DNA of 64,000 nucleotides from Mobula hypostoma (Eukaryota): positions 46,502,001 through 46,566,000 of the forward strand of contig NC_086097.1 in NCBI RefSeq assembly GCF_963921235.1. The letters are read 5' to 3'. This document shows, in pieces, positions 25,790 through 38,899 of this stretch. Every line of letters begins with the position of its first letter. Positions within the stretch are counted from its first letter, which is position 1. A program made the position numbers and the translations under genes. The notes under the pieces were generated by a model. The model searched no databases. It was not told the DNA's origin and worked only from the letters and a program-made list of their open reading frames with translations.

Positions 25790-26600
25790 AAAGGTGAAGA
25801 AAGATTATAACAGGATCTGGATGAAACACAGAGGTGGGCCAAGCAATTGCAGGTAGGATTTAACTTGGACAAATACGAGCAGCTGCATTTTAGTCAAACT
25901 AGAGTAGGACTTACACAGCGAAAGCCATGGCCCAGTATGGTGTTATCTAATAGGGAGAGCTCAGACTCCAGGGACATAGTTCCTTTTAAAGTGGTAACAC
26001 AGGTAGAAAGTGGTGAAGAAGTCATTTGGCACACTTGCTGCCATTGGTTAGGAAGTTGAATACAGGAGTTGGAATGTTATAGGTTGTTGATGAGACCACA
26101 ACTGCATGCAGTTCTGGTCAGCCAGCTTTCGGAAGGACATCATTAATTTGGAAAGGGTGCAGGAAAGATTTACGAGAATATTACCAGGAATATAGGGCTT
26201 GAGTTATAAGGACAGGCTGAGGCTGAGGCTTTATTCCCCGGAGCACAGAAGGACAAGAATAACCTTATGGTGGCATAGATAAGGTGAATGGTCACAGTTT
26301 TTATCCCAGGGTATAGGAGTTAAAACTAGAGAACACAGACCTAAGGTGATAGGGCAAATATTTAAAAGGTCATGAAAAGCAACGCTTTCCAAAACTAGCT
26401 GATGGGTATATGGAACGAGTGTCCGACGAGCCTGTAGAGGTGGATAGAATTACAAAGTTAAAATAATTTTTAGATAGGTACATGGATAGTAAAGGTTTAG
26501 AGGGATATGTGCCAAATGCAAGCAAATTGGACTAGTTTGGATGGACATCATGGTTGGAGTGAATGAATAGATCTGAAAGACCTGCTTCTGACTCAATGAC
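25790..26600 (+). mobile_element. CR1 LINE 3' portion (degraded)
   Basis: 'tataacaggatctggat...tgggcc' (LQxDLD..WA), 'gcagttctggtcagcc' (QFWSP), 'gaaagggtgcaggaaagatttacgag' (ERVQxRFT). Confidence 0.8.
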
Positions 26601-26689
26601 TGATAGAATAAGTTCTAATATTTGAATAAAACTGTTGTTAAACAAAATTGATGCTGCCCCCACCCGAATCTTCTCCATTTCCCTCGCAT

Positions 26690-27975
26690 ACACACTCACA
26701 CCATCTTCCTGCCACCAAAACAGGCATAGGGCTCATCTTGTCCTTACCTACCACCCCATGAGCCTCCAGTTCAGCTCATCATCCTCCACCAACTTTAACT
26801 AACCACGTCTTTCCCTATCCCCACTCCCTGCGTTCCCCAAGAATCGCACTTTGTGACTCCTTGTCACTTGTCCTTCCGTACTGATCTCCCTCCTAGAACT
26901 TACCCCATCACCCAGGACAAGCCCTGTTCACATTGCTACATTCGGGAAGGAGGTACAGAAGCCTGAAGGCACATTCTCAATGATTCAGGAACAGCTTCTT
27001 CCCCTTTGCCATCCGATTTATGAATGGACGTTAACCCATGAGCACTACCTCACTACTTCTTTAAAATATTTATTTTTGCACTACATATATTTCTATATAT
27101 ACTTACTGTAATTCACAGTTTTATTTCTATTATTATGTATTTCATTGTACTGTTGTCGCAAAGACAACAAATTTCACGGTATATGCCAATAATATTAAAC
27201 CTGATTTTGAATTATTGTTACAAACAGGACAAGTAATACACCTGCCCTACATCTCTTCCCTCACCATAATTCAGGACTCCAAATCTGTATCTGGTGAGAC
27301 TGACGTAAGTTGGAAGACCACTTAGTCAAGCACCTTCGCTCCGTCCGTCACAAGAGGCAGGACTTCCTGGTGGTCACCAATTTTAATTTGAGTTTTAATT
27401 CCAATTCTGACTTGCCGGCCCATGCTCTGCTCTACTGACACGATGAGGACGCACTCAGGGTTGAGGAGCAACACCTTTTACTCTGTCTAGTTAGCCTCCA
27501 GCCTGTTCATATCAACATTGATTTCTCTAACCTGGTCATTTTCTCCCCTCCCTCTTCTCTGTTTTTCCATTCCCCATTCTGGCTTCCCTTTTCCTCTTTC
27601 TCTTCTCCTCACCTGCCCATCACCTCCCTCTGGTTCCCCTCTTCCTTCACGTTATCCCATGGTCCACTGTTATCTCCTATCAGATTCCTTTCTCTTCACC
27701 CATCATCTTCCAGCTTCTGACATCATCCCCTCTCCTCCACCCACCTATCTTCCCCCTCACCTGGTCTCAGCTATCACCTTCAGGCTTGTACATCTTCCCC
27801 TCCCCCCCTTCTTATTCTGGCTTCTGTCCCCTTCCTTTCCAGTCTTCATGAAGGGTCTCAGCCCAAAAAGTGACTGTTTATTCCTTTCCATTGATGCTGC
27901 CTGACCTGCTGAGTTCCTCCAGCATTTTGAGCGTGTTGCTCAAGATTTTCAGCATCTGCAGAATCTCTTGCGTTG
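26690..27975 (+). mobile_element. Penelope-like element: RT-EN linker, GIY-YIG endonuclease remnant and 3' terminal repeat with hammerhead remnant
   Basis: Translates piecewise to 'HLVLTYHPMSL', 'GET...EDHLVKHLRSVRHK...VVTNFN', 'LRVEEQHLLLCLVSLQPVHINIDFSN', typical of vertebrate PLE ends; then pyrimidine-rich UTR and 'gatgctgcctgacctgctgagttcctccagc'. Confidence 0.85.
26922..27224 (+). mobile_element. LINE (Rex-like) 3' tail nested in the PLE
   Basis: 'ttcgggaaggaggtacagaagcctg...aacagcttcttccc' (SGRRYRSL...NSFFP); 9-bp direct repeat CAGGACAAG at 26913-26921 and 27225-27233. Confidence 0.8.
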
Positions 27976-28054
27976 CACAAAATTAATTTGCATACTTTTT
28001 GTTATCTCAGATGCATCATTCAAACATGGAACATAAATATACATAGATTAAATA

Positions 28055-28520
28055 AAACAAAAACAGAAATTGCCAGAGGCAATCAGCGGGTCCGGCAAGA
28101 TTACAATAAAAACTGATGACAGATAGAGCGAGATACATGAATGTAGAGACTCAGTATCGTGTCAGGAAAACTGTAATATACCCAGACGGAAGATGAGATA
28201 TTCTTCCTCAAACTTGTACTGGGACTCATTCTGACACTGCAGGAGGCCGCGAGCATAGAGATCGGAGTGAAAGTGGGCTGGAGAATTAAAGTGGCAGGCA
28301 GCCATTGTTTCCCCGGTGGGGAGAATGCGAGTGTTTCACAACGCACTTGGTTTCTCAGGGAGTTAGAGACCACATTATGAATGCAATCGAATAGATTGGA
28401 AGAAGCACAAGCAAGTGAAATGCTGCTTCACCTGAAAGGACTGTCTGGGTTTCTGGATGGTAGGAAGCAATGGTGAAAGGACAGGTGTTATGTCTAAGGC
28501 AGATTGAACGTTTGGGGTAT
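28055..28520 (-). mobile_element. Second Penelope-like GIY-YIG 3' fragment, tail-to-tail with the first
   Basis: Reverse translation 'HFNSPAHFHSDLYARGLLQCQNESQYKFEEEYLIFRLG' matches the PLE endonuclease C-terminus. Confidence 0.75.
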
Positions 28521-29007
28521 GATCAAGCAACACCTTCTGACTCACACTGACCTCTGGGCCAGAATAACAAGGCAGATCAGAGAGGGTCTTTTTACAGTAC
28601 AGAAACAGGCTTTCATCCCACCTAATCCTATTGATCTAATAATCTGCCTGTTCCCATTGACCTGCACCTGAAATATAGCCTTCCATACCCCTCCCGTCCA
28701 TGTACCTATCCGAATTTTACTTAAGTGTTGAAGTTGAACCCTCATCCACCACTTCCACTGTCAGTTTGTTCTACGCTCTCACCACCCTCTGAGTGAAGAA
28801 ATTCCTCCTCGTGATCCCCTCAAACATTTCACCTTTCACCCTTAACCCATGACCTCTAGTTCTAGTCTCTCCCAACCACAGTGGAAAAAGCCTGTTCGCA
28901 TTTACTCTATCTATGCCCCATCATAATTTTGTAAACCTCTCTCAAATCTCCCCTCATTCTTCTACGCTCTGGGGAATAAAGTATTAAACTATTCAACCTT
29001 TCCAATA

Positions 29008-29975
29008 AAGTTCTAAGTTCAAAGTAAATTTATTTTCTAAGTACCTATATGTCACCATATACAACCCTGAGATTCATTTCCTGTGGGCATACTCAGCATA
29101 TTCGTAGAATAGTAACCATAATGGGATCAAAAAGAACATGAAATAACAAGATAAAGAGTCCTTAAAGTGAGATCATTGGTTGTGGACACATCTCAATGGA
29201 TGGGCAAGTGAGTGTAGTTATCCCCTTTGTTCAAGACCCTGATGGTTGTAGGACAGTAGGTGTTCCTGACCCTGGTGGAGTGAGTCTTGAGCGCTTGGAC
29301 CTTCTGTCTGATGGCAGCAGCGAGAGAAGAGCATGGCCTAGGTGGTGAGGATCACTGACGATGGGTGCAGCCTTCTTGCAACAGCATTTCATGTCAATGT
29401 GCTCAGTGGTTGGGAGGGCTTTACCCATGATGTACTGGGCTGAATCCACTACCTTTGGAGGATTTTCTGTTCAAGGTCATTAGAGTTTCCACACCAGGTC
29501 GTGATGCAGCCAGTTAATACACTCTCCACTATACATCGATAGGAGTTTGTCAAAGTTTTAGATGTCATGCCAAATCTCCACAGACTCCTGAGGAAGTAGA
29601 GGCGCTGCCATGTTTTCTTGGCAAGTGCTGGGTTCAGGACAGGAATTTGAAGTTGCTACCCTCTCCACCTCTGATCCTCCAGTGAGGACTGGCTCATGGA
29701 CCTCTAGTTTCCCTTTCCTGCAGTCTAAAATTAGTTACTTAGTATTTCTGATTCTGAGGGAGATGTTGTTGTTATGACACGACTCAGCCAAATTTTCAAT
29801 CTCCCTCCTGTATGCTGATTCATCACCACCTTTGATTCGACTCACAACAGTTGTGTCATCAGAAAACCTGAATATGGTACTGAAGCTGTGCTTAGCCGCA
29901 CAGTCATCGGTGTAACGCGAGTAGAGCAGGGATGAAGCACACAGCCTTGTGTTGCCCCTGTGCTGATGGAGATTT
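29008..29975 (-). mobile_element. Rex1/Babar-like LINE 3' portion nested in CR1
   Basis: ORF 29735 'YTDDCAAKHSFSTIFRFSDDTTVV'; ORF 29231 'AQYIMGKALP...LLPSDRR'; same family and tail as 13365-14925. Confidence 0.88.
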
Positions 29976-30764
29976 TCTCTGCACTCTTTTGACCTTATTG
30001 ACATCTTTCCTGTAGCTGAGCGATCAAAACTGCACACAATGCTCCAAGTTAGTCCTCATCAATTTCAACATAACATTCCAAATTCGGTACTCAATACGTT
30101 GATTTATGAAGGCCAATGTGCTTAAAGCTTTCTTTACAACCCTATCTACCTGTGACACTGCTTTTATGGAGTATTCCTAGGTCCTCCTGTTCTCCCACGC
30201 TTCTCATTGCTCTACTGCTCATTGTGTAGATGTGACCCTGGTTTGTCATCCCAAGGTTCAACACGTCACATGTGTCTGCATTAAATCCCATCTGCCATTT
30301 TTCATCTGGTCCAGATCACAAGGCAAGCTTTGATAGTCACCCTCCCTGTCCAATACACCCCCATTTTTGGTGTCATCTGCAAATTTGCTGATGCAGTTTA
30401 CCATATTATCATCACAGGCATCTGGTCAGAGAAACAACTGTCTACCACCTCTCTCCGGCTTCTCCAGCGAAGCCAATGTCTAATCCAATTTACAAGAGGC
30501 TGAACCTTTTCGTCCAACCTCCCATGTGGGACCCTGTCAAAGACCTTGCTAAAGTCCATGTAGATAGCATCCACTGTTTTTCCTTCAACATTTTTCCTGG
30601 TAACTTCCTTGAAAAATTCTATAAAGTTGGTTATCACACACAAAGCCATGTCATACTCCCTGTATATCCAAATACTTACATATCTGGTCCTTTAGAATAC
30701 CTTCTAATAACATATCCACTACTTATGTCAGGCTCACTGGTCTATAATTTTCTGGCTTATTCTT

Positions 30765-32425
30765 AGAACTTAGAACCTAGGGCATAGAAATCTACAGCAT
30801 ATTACAGGCCTTTCAGCCCACAATGTTGTGCCGACCATGTAACCTACTCTAGAAACTGCCTAGAATTTCCCTACCGCATAGCCCTCTATTTTTCTGAGCT
30901 CCATGTACCTATCTAAGAATCTCTTCAAAGACCCTATTGTATCCGTCTCCACTACTGTCACCCGCAATGCATTCCACGCACTCATCACTCTCTGTGTGAA
31001 AACTTACCCCTGACATCCCCTCTGTACCTACTTCCAAGCACCTTAAAACTATGCCCCCTCGTGTTAGCCATTTCAGCCCTGGGAAAATAAAGCCTCTGGC
31101 TATCCACATGACCAATGCGTCTCATCATCTTATACACCTCTATAAGGTCACCCCTCATTCTCTGTCGCTCCAAGGAGAAAAGGCCAAGTTCACTCAACCT
31201 ATTGTCCCTTTCCAGTCAACTTTGGCCAGTTCCCCTCTCATCCCATTGTAATTTCCTTTATTCCACTCAGATACTGACACATTGGAATTTAGTTTCTCCT
31301 TCTCAAATTTCAAAGTGAACTTGATCATATTGTGATCACTGTTTCCTAAGAGTTCCTTAACCTTAAGCTCTCCATGTAATTGCACAACACCCATTCCAGC
31401 ACAGCCGATCCCCTAGTGGGCTCAACAACAAGCTGTCCTAAAAAGTCATGCCTTAGACATTCTACAAATTCTCTCGCTTGAGGTCCAATACTGGCCTGGT
31501 TTTCCAAATCCACTTTCATGTTAAAATCCCCAACGATTATCATGACATTGCCCTTCTGACACACCTTTTCTATCTCCTGCTGTAATGTGTAATCCACACC
31601 CTGGCTGCTGTTTGGAGGCCTGTATACAACTGCCATTAGGGTCCTTTTACCCTTGCCATTTCTTAACTCAACCCATAGGGACTCTACACCTTCCAATCCT
31701 ATGTCATCCCTTTCTAATGATTAAATATTATTTCTTATACACAGGGCCACACCAACCCCTTTGCCTACTAGCCTATCTTTCTGATACACTGTATATCCTT
31801 GGACGTTCAGTTCCCAATGGCAGCCATCCTTTAGCCAAGTCTCAGAGATGGCCACAATGTCATACTTGCCAATCTGTAGCTGCATTTCAAGATTGTCCAT
31901 TTTATTTCTTATGCTGCGTGTATTCAAATATAACACTTTCAGTCCCGTATTTGTTGTTTTCTGTTGTAAATCATCCCACTGGCTGTGATTATGCCTCATC
32001 TCCTGCCTGTCCTTCCTATCACCACTGTTGCACACTATCTTTGATTTATTTCTGTTTTTCCCTTCCTCAGCCCTATCACTCCGGTTCCCATCCCCCTGCC
32101 AAATTGGTTTAAACCCTCCTTAACAGCTCTATTAAACCTGCCTGCTAGGATATTGGACCCCTTTGGGTTCACGTGTAACCCGTCCTTTTTGTACAGGTCG
32201 TACCTTCCCCAGAAGTGGCCCCAGTGATCCAAGAACCCAAAGTCCTTCCCTGATACCAGTCTCTCAGCCTCGCATTAATATGCCTGATCATGTTATTCTT
32301 GCACTCGTTAGCATGTGGCACAGGCAGCAATCCTGAGATTACTACCCTGGATGTCCTGCTTTTCAGCTTCCTACCCAACTCCCTGAATTCCCTCTTCAGG
32401 ACCTCCTCCCTTTTTCTACCTATGT
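30765..32425 (-). mobile_element. Second CR1 copy nested in the first: ORF1 esterase and APE joined directly to the 3' end
   Basis: 'SRVVISGLLPVP', 'DHWGHFWGRYDLYKKDGLHVNPKG' (SGNH esterase), 'YLNTRSIRNK...ISETWL', 'VYRPPNS...GDFN', 'SDHNMIKF', then abruptly 'LGLFSLERQRMRGDLIEVYK' at ~31200. Confidence 0.82.
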
Positions 32426-32888
32426 CACAAGTCCTGGGGATTTATCCATCCTAATTTACCTCAAGACAGAAAACAGTTCCTCCTATGTTCTCTGTCTTCA
32501 ATCCATGCCCTCTCTGCTGCTTTCACTTCTGCAGACTTTGTGTCTGTCTCCTGAGTGAATACGGACGCAAAAAATCCATTTAAGATTTCCCCCATCTCAT
32601 TTGACTCCATGCATAGAAGACCACTCTCATCTTCCAGAGGACCAATTTTATCCTTTTGCTCTTAATTTATTTGTAGGAGCCCTGAGTATTCTCCTTCACC
32701 TTGTCTGCTAGATTAAATTCATGCATTCTTTTAGTCCTCCGGATTTTCTTCTTAAGTGTTCTCTTGCATTTCTTATGCTCCTCAAGTACCTCATTTGCTC
32801 CTTCCTGCCCATACCTGCTATGCAGTTCCTTCTTTTTATTAACCAGGGCTTCAATACCTCTCAAAAACTAAGATTCCCTGAAGCTGTT

Positions 32889-32920
<32 letters not shown>
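32889..32920 (+). repeat. (ATG)n microsatellite forming the RTE 3' tail
   Basis: About 10 perfect ATG units. Confidence 0.95.
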
Positions 32921-34282
32921 AATAAATTCCTGTTACACCGCTGGCAGTTAGGGCAGCAATGAAGGTCCTCCATCTCTGCTTGTCCTTGGCCATCTTATCA
33001 ATTGTGCCCTGGGTGTGGTTCAGAATCCTCATTTCCGCCTCTACAGTCCAGCGCCAAGTTGTTTTTCATGTCCCGCATTTTCTCCGCTCTTCAGGGGTGC
33101 AGTAATATGTATGCTTGATGATGGAGTTGGTCTCTCTTCCCATCGGGTGTCCAATGTTTCCTCATAATGATTGTGACCATGTCCTATTGATGACAGTGAA
33201 GGAGTGGGACATGTTTGGAGGTCTTTCTTGGTCAAAAATACTGAGGATCTTCCAGAGGCTCATGGTGTGGAATGACGACAGCTTGGAAAGGTTGTTGTCT
33301 GTCATATGCCAGCATCCTGACCTATACAATAGTGCAGACAGAATACAGCTCTGGCACAGCTTCACCTTGGTGCGGACCCTGTACTTGGCTGATCCCCATA
33401 TGTTGCTCACTGATCTGAAGATGTTTTAGTTTTGCTGAGTTTGCACTGGATATAGCCCTTGGTCCCACCATCCTGCCGAATGATGCTGCCCAGGTAGGTG
33501 AATCTGCTGGTGCTGGGTAAGTTGACGCCATATGCCTTGATGTGAGGAGGAGACCCTATATTGAGGGTCATGTTCTCTGTTTCTCTCTAGCTGACTCTGA
33601 ATCCAACCTGTCCGCCAAAGGTGCACAGGTGCTGAGTTTTCTCTTGCATGTGCTGGTGTGTATGTTACAGTAATGTGAGGTTATCCACAAAGTCACAGTC
33701 TTCTGAACTAGAGAATAGAGTCTGTCTAATGACTCTCTCTGCTTTTCTTTTGTTGTTTCCCTCTAAATAATATTGCTGGCATTACACAGCCTTGTCTGAC
33801 TCCTGTCTTGAGTTCAGAGGTCAAATTACAGTCCCCTACTGTGCTGGTGAAGTTAGCATAGAAACTCTGGATAAGTTGGACAATTTTGGAAGAAATCCCA
33901 TATGATCGAGAATTCGCTAGAGTTTCTCCCTGTGGAAGCCTTTTCCAGGTCCACAAAATTCAGATGCAGTTGTCTCTGTCACTCTTTTTACTGTTCTGTG
34001 ATGTTATATTGTGTGAAGATCTGGTTGACAAAGCCTCTGTTCCTCCTATAGCCATCTTGTTCTTTTGTCAAGCACACATCAACAGCATCTGTAATTCGTT
34101 GGACAATGACTTTGGCAAGAATCTTGCTGGACACTGACAGAAGTGTGATGCCACACCAGTTATTGCAATCACTTAGCGCTCCTTTCTTGGGGATCCCAAC
34201 AATAACTCCCTTTGTCCAGTCCTTGGGTACTTGTCCCCATTCCCAGATTATAGTAAGCAGTTCAGCATTCAAATTGTCATGT
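32891..34282 (-). mobile_element. RTE-clade LINE, 5'-truncated, with (CAT)n tail and TSD
   Basis: ORFs 'PKDWTKGVIVGIPKKGALSDCNNWCGITLLS', 'TGVRQGCVMPAILF', 'CILSALLYRSGCW'; AAGCTGTTAT duplicated at 32881-32890 and 34287-34296. Confidence 0.9.
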
Positions 34283-36339
34283 CCTAAAGCTGTTATCCTT
34301 GCCTTTTATTCTGAAAGGAACATACAAACTCTGCACTCTTAAAATTTCACTTTTGAAATTTCACTTACTAAGTTCACCTTTGCCAGAAAACAACTTGTCC
34401 CAATCCACACTTTCCAGATCCTTTCTGATACCAGCAAAACTGGCCTTTCTCCAATTTAGAATCTCAACCCGCAGCCCTATCCCTCTCCATAATTATCTTG
34501 AAACTAATGGCATTATGATCACTAGATGTAAAGTGCTCTCCTACACAAACTTCTGTCTCCTGCCCTGGCTCATTCCCTAATAGGAGACTTAGCATTGCCC
34601 TCCCTTCAATATACTGATGAAGGAAACGTTCCTGAACACATTTGACAGACTCTTTCCCATCCAGCCCTTTTACAGTATGGGAGTCCCAGTCAATATATGG
34701 AAAGTTAAAATCATCTACTACATCAACCTTATGTTTTTTGAAACAGTCTGCAATCTCTCTACAAATTTGCTCCTCTAATTCGCGCAGACTGTTGGGTGGT
34801 CTATAATATAATCCCATTAACATGGTCATTCATTTCTTATTCTTCATTTCTACCCATAAAGCTTCATTGCTGAGCTCTCCAGTCTGTCCTGACTGAGCAT
34901 TGCCGTGACAATTTCCCTAATGAGTAATGCCACCCCTCCTGCTTTAATTCCTCTTGATCTATCACATTTAGAACAACAGAACCCTGGAATATTGAACTGG
35001 CAGTCCTGCCCCTCCTGCAACAAAGTGTTACTAATGGCTACAATATCATCATTCCACATGCTGATCCATGCCCTAAGCTCAGTTGCCTTTCCTACAATAC
35101 TCCTGGCATTGAAACATACACAGCTCAGTACATTACAGTATAGTCCCACTATGCTCAAACTTTTGATTCATTTCTCCATAACCATTCCACCATCTGTTTT
35201 GGCACTCTAGTTCTCAACCCCTGCTCTACAAACTCCCCTCCCCCCACTCCCAGTGCAGCACTAGCAAACCATCCTACAAGGATATTAGACCCCACCAGTT
35301 CAGGTGAAAACCGTCCCTTCTGTCCAGGTTCCACCTTCCCTGGAAGAGGGCTCATTGATCCAAAAATCTGAAGCCCTTCCTCCTACACCATTTCCCTAGC
35401 CATGCGTTAAAATTATAATCTTCCTATTTCTGGCCTCACTAGCACTTGGCATGGATAATAATCCTGATATTACAACCCTGGAGGTCCTGTCCTTTAACTT
35501 AGCACTTAACTCACTTTTTACAGGACCTCATCACCCCTCTTCTCCACGTCATTTGTACCAACGTGAACCATGACCTCTGTCTACTCATCCTCCCACTTAA
35601 GAATACAGTGGACTTGGTCTGAGATATCCCTGAAACTGGCACCTGGGAGGCAACGTATCATCTGGGAATCTTGTTCTCATCCACAGAACCTCCTGTCTAT
35701 TCCCCTCACCAGTTGATCCCCATGTTGTTGAGGGGAATAGCTACAGGGGTTTTCTGCACTGGTTGTCTATCCGCATTTCCCCTTCTTTCAGTCACCAGTG
35801 TCCTGCACCAGGGTGTAACTACCTCCCTGTATGTCCTGTCGATCAGCACCTCAGACTCCTGAATGATCTGGAGTTCATCCAGCTCCAGCTCCAGTTCCTT
35901 AGCCTGGTCTGTAAGAAGCTGTAGCGGGATGCACCTCTTGCAAGTGTAGTCATCAGAGACTCTGGAGGTCTCCCTGCTTTCCCACATCCCGCAAGAGGAG
36001 CATTCCACTATCCTGTCTGACATCCCCACTGCTCTAACTATGTAATAAGAAAGAAAAGAAGAAAAATTAAACAAAAAAAATCAATGTTCAGCTTTCACCC
36101 CTTCTCACTGAAGCCTCTTGAACCAAAGCCTGAACTCCTCACTCTAACACTGGCCCATTTCCACAATGGCCACTCTGCTAAAATCTAACTTCCTATTAGC
36201 CCTTTCTAAGTGCAATACAATATCTCCTCAAGTACTGTGGTGCCTCTGCTCGCTTCTTCTGAACTCTTTCCCCTGCTATACATTCCAACGTGTCCTCAGG
36301 AATTTATCTGGGGAGGGGTGTGGGATTACTGGGCGCTCA

Positions 36340-37327
36340 GGCTACGTCCACACTACGCTGGATAATTTTGAAAACGAGGCTTTTTCTCTTCGTTTTGATC
36401 TTCCGTCCACACTGAAACGGCGTTTTCAGCCCCCGAAAACGGAGATTTTCAGAGACGGTCTCCAGAGTGAATAAATCTGAAGACGCCTAATATCCGTTGC
36501 AGTGTGTACGGGGTAATCGGAGCTTTTTAAAACTGCTGTCATGACGTGCCAGAACAGATGGCAACCCCAGCATTTTATTGTTTTCTTCTTCTTATTATTA
36601 TTATTATTATTATTACTACTTTGTTGTCGCCAAACAATTGATACTAGAGCATACAATCATCACAGCAATATTTGATTCTGCACTTCGCAGAACCTAACAA
36701 TTTCAGAACAGACAGCAACGAGACTGAAGCCAGAAGAGTTAGAAATGTACTCACCAAATACTTTGACCCATAGCTTACTGAATAAATAAGTATACTCACT
36801 TTGCCCTGTTTTCTGTCCTTGCTTGTATGAAGGTGGTTTACCTATTTATGCAAGTACTTCTCTGACAATAGAAGTGTAACAGCCTAATGCAACATTGTGT
36901 GGAAATGCAAGATAACACTGATGCAGACATGTTTTATACATTTAACAAGGTGCTTTATTAATGCAACAGAGTTAGTCAGTTTTTCAATGTTCGTCGTCAG
37001 CTGGGTCATACTGTCCGTGAACTCCCTGTCGGTTGTCTCCATACGCTCCAGTATTTGTTTTTTTTAGTTTTAAGTCCTCCTGCGCGAGAGCCAAGAGCAA
37101 TTCCTTTCAAGTTTTTCTACTCTGTAACTGAACAAACGCGCACTAAGTATACCATTTCCTCTTCGCTTGTTTTCCGTGTGTCCTGCGCGTGCCCAGTAGA
37201 GGAGATTCGCCCAAATATGCGTGTTAGTGTGGACAGAGATATTTTGAAAAACGCTTAGCGTGTACACCTGTCGTTTTTACTCAAAACCGGCATTTTCAAA
37301 ATTATCTGGCGTTGTGTGGACGTAGCC
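36340..37327. mobile_element. Non-autonomous PIF/Harbinger-type DNA transposon, 988 bp, with a nested LINE tail at ~36585-36690
   Basis: 37-bp imperfect TIRs starting GGCTACGTCCACAC / ending GTGTGGACGTAGCC; TCA on both sides (36337-36339, 37328-37330); internal subterminal 'gtccacact'/'agtgtggac' motifs. Confidence 0.9.
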
Positions 37328-38899
37328 TCAGTGTATACTTCCTATATGGAGAACCTTGACTAAGTGAGAACACCCAAAGTTGACTTGTGTTGCACTAATA
37401 CAAAATAAATGAAGTGTAAAACCTCTAAGAAACGTGTGTATGCTTTGGTTACTTTAAATTTTGCAAGAATGATACTGGCATGCTTAACAGCTCTGAGGCA
37501 TACATTTACAAGAGGAGTGCTATGTAAATGCAAGCTGTTCCTATGTTGCAATGGTAAAAATTGTTTTCCTACAAATGAATGATGAGGAAAGTGATTTACA
37601 TCTCATTCATATTCTAAATTGCTTACAACTTCACATTGTCTGAGTCATGGGTTATAGGAAATATGGGCCTTCACAAAGTAGTTTCAGCTGCTCTAAAACA
37701 AAGAGATCATATTCAGAATAAGATGCAGTGATAGACATGATGATGTAACACAGATCAATAAAGGAAAACAAAACTTAAAATAAAAATAGACTTGAATGCA
37801 AAGCAAACCAGCATTTTACTACAACAAGGAACCCAAACAGGTAGTAGCGAATAGGCCATCTGCTACACACCCAATTTGAAATTTCTTTATTTCAGGATGC
37901 CAGAGAAAACTTTACAGCTAATTCAGAATTTTTGAAGTTCATTACTATGATGCAGAAAACGTCAGAGATACTTTGGACAGATTGAAGGTCTAAACTGCCT
38001 CACAAACAGAAAAGAGATCTTGGCCAGATAATCTGCTATAGTCAGATAATCTGTTGTCTTGATGCAGTTTTACCCTGACACATCAACAATTCCTTTCCTC
38101 CCGCATATGCTGCTTGACCTGCTGAGTTCTTCCAGCTGATTGTTTGTTGAATCTGGTATGGTCAGTTTGGTTGAGAGATAGCAATGAGCACTGCAGAGAA
38201 CCTGCACCTGAGAGTTAACTTGGAGTTTGTTCACAAATCTTTTGGTGAGGTTTAAACACATCATTCAGGGTAATTGTCATACCAGCAAGTCTTTGGTGAT
38301 GCTCATGCTAAAATGATTAATGAAATGTTGGTCTTTGTATTGGGAAGGTTACAAAGAAGTTGTAGAGCTAGACAGAGAAGAAAAGGGGATTGCCTTTCTC
38401 GATCCAACAAACTGAATAGCTTTTTTTCTGTGTCATAATAAAGAAAGTTCAAAATTGGCTGGTAAAACTTAGCTAAATCTATCAGCAGACTGCTTATGGT
38501 CCACTTAATGGATACACACTCTCCTCCCACACCCCCATGATCTATCCATCACTTTCCTGTAGTTCCCCACCTTCTTCCATTTATTCCACGGTCCTTCAGG
38601 TAACTAAGTAGAAGAGGTAAAGGACTGAGGGAGAATGAATCTGATTGGAGGAGACAGAGGACCATATCTGAGTTTATTCCAGTGTGTCTCCATTAAGTGG
38701 ACTATAAGTAGTCCATCGGATAGGTTTGGACTAGTTTTACCAGTCAATTTAAACTTACTTCCCTTTATTCCATGGTCCGCTGTCCTTTTCTATTAAATTC
38801 ATTCTTTTTCAGCCTTCTACCTCTTCCACCAATCATCTCCGAGCTTCCCACATCATCCCCCCCTTCTCCTACCCAACCATTTCCCCCCAACCCTAGTGT

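Larger units (their letters stand above)
28585..36130 (-). mobile_element. Near-full-length CR1 LINE (ORF1 zinc finger/leucine zipper and esterase, APE, RT, 3' UTR) split by three nested insertions
   Basis: ORF1 'CSSCGMWE...YTCKRCIPLQLLTDQAKELELELDEL' (35706-36074); APE 'CFNARSIVGK...DIVAISNT' (34850), 'YYRPPNS...DFNFP...SDHNAI' (34464); RT 'DAIYMDFSKVFDRVPH' (30398); 3' UTR near 28590-28750. Confidence 0.88.

Noticed and set aside
27518..27904. Proline-rich 128-aa protein
   Set aside because: Translation of the pyrimidine-rich PLE 3' UTR.
32721..32951. Poly-methionine protein
   Set aside because: Reading of the (ATG)n microsatellite tail of the RTE element.
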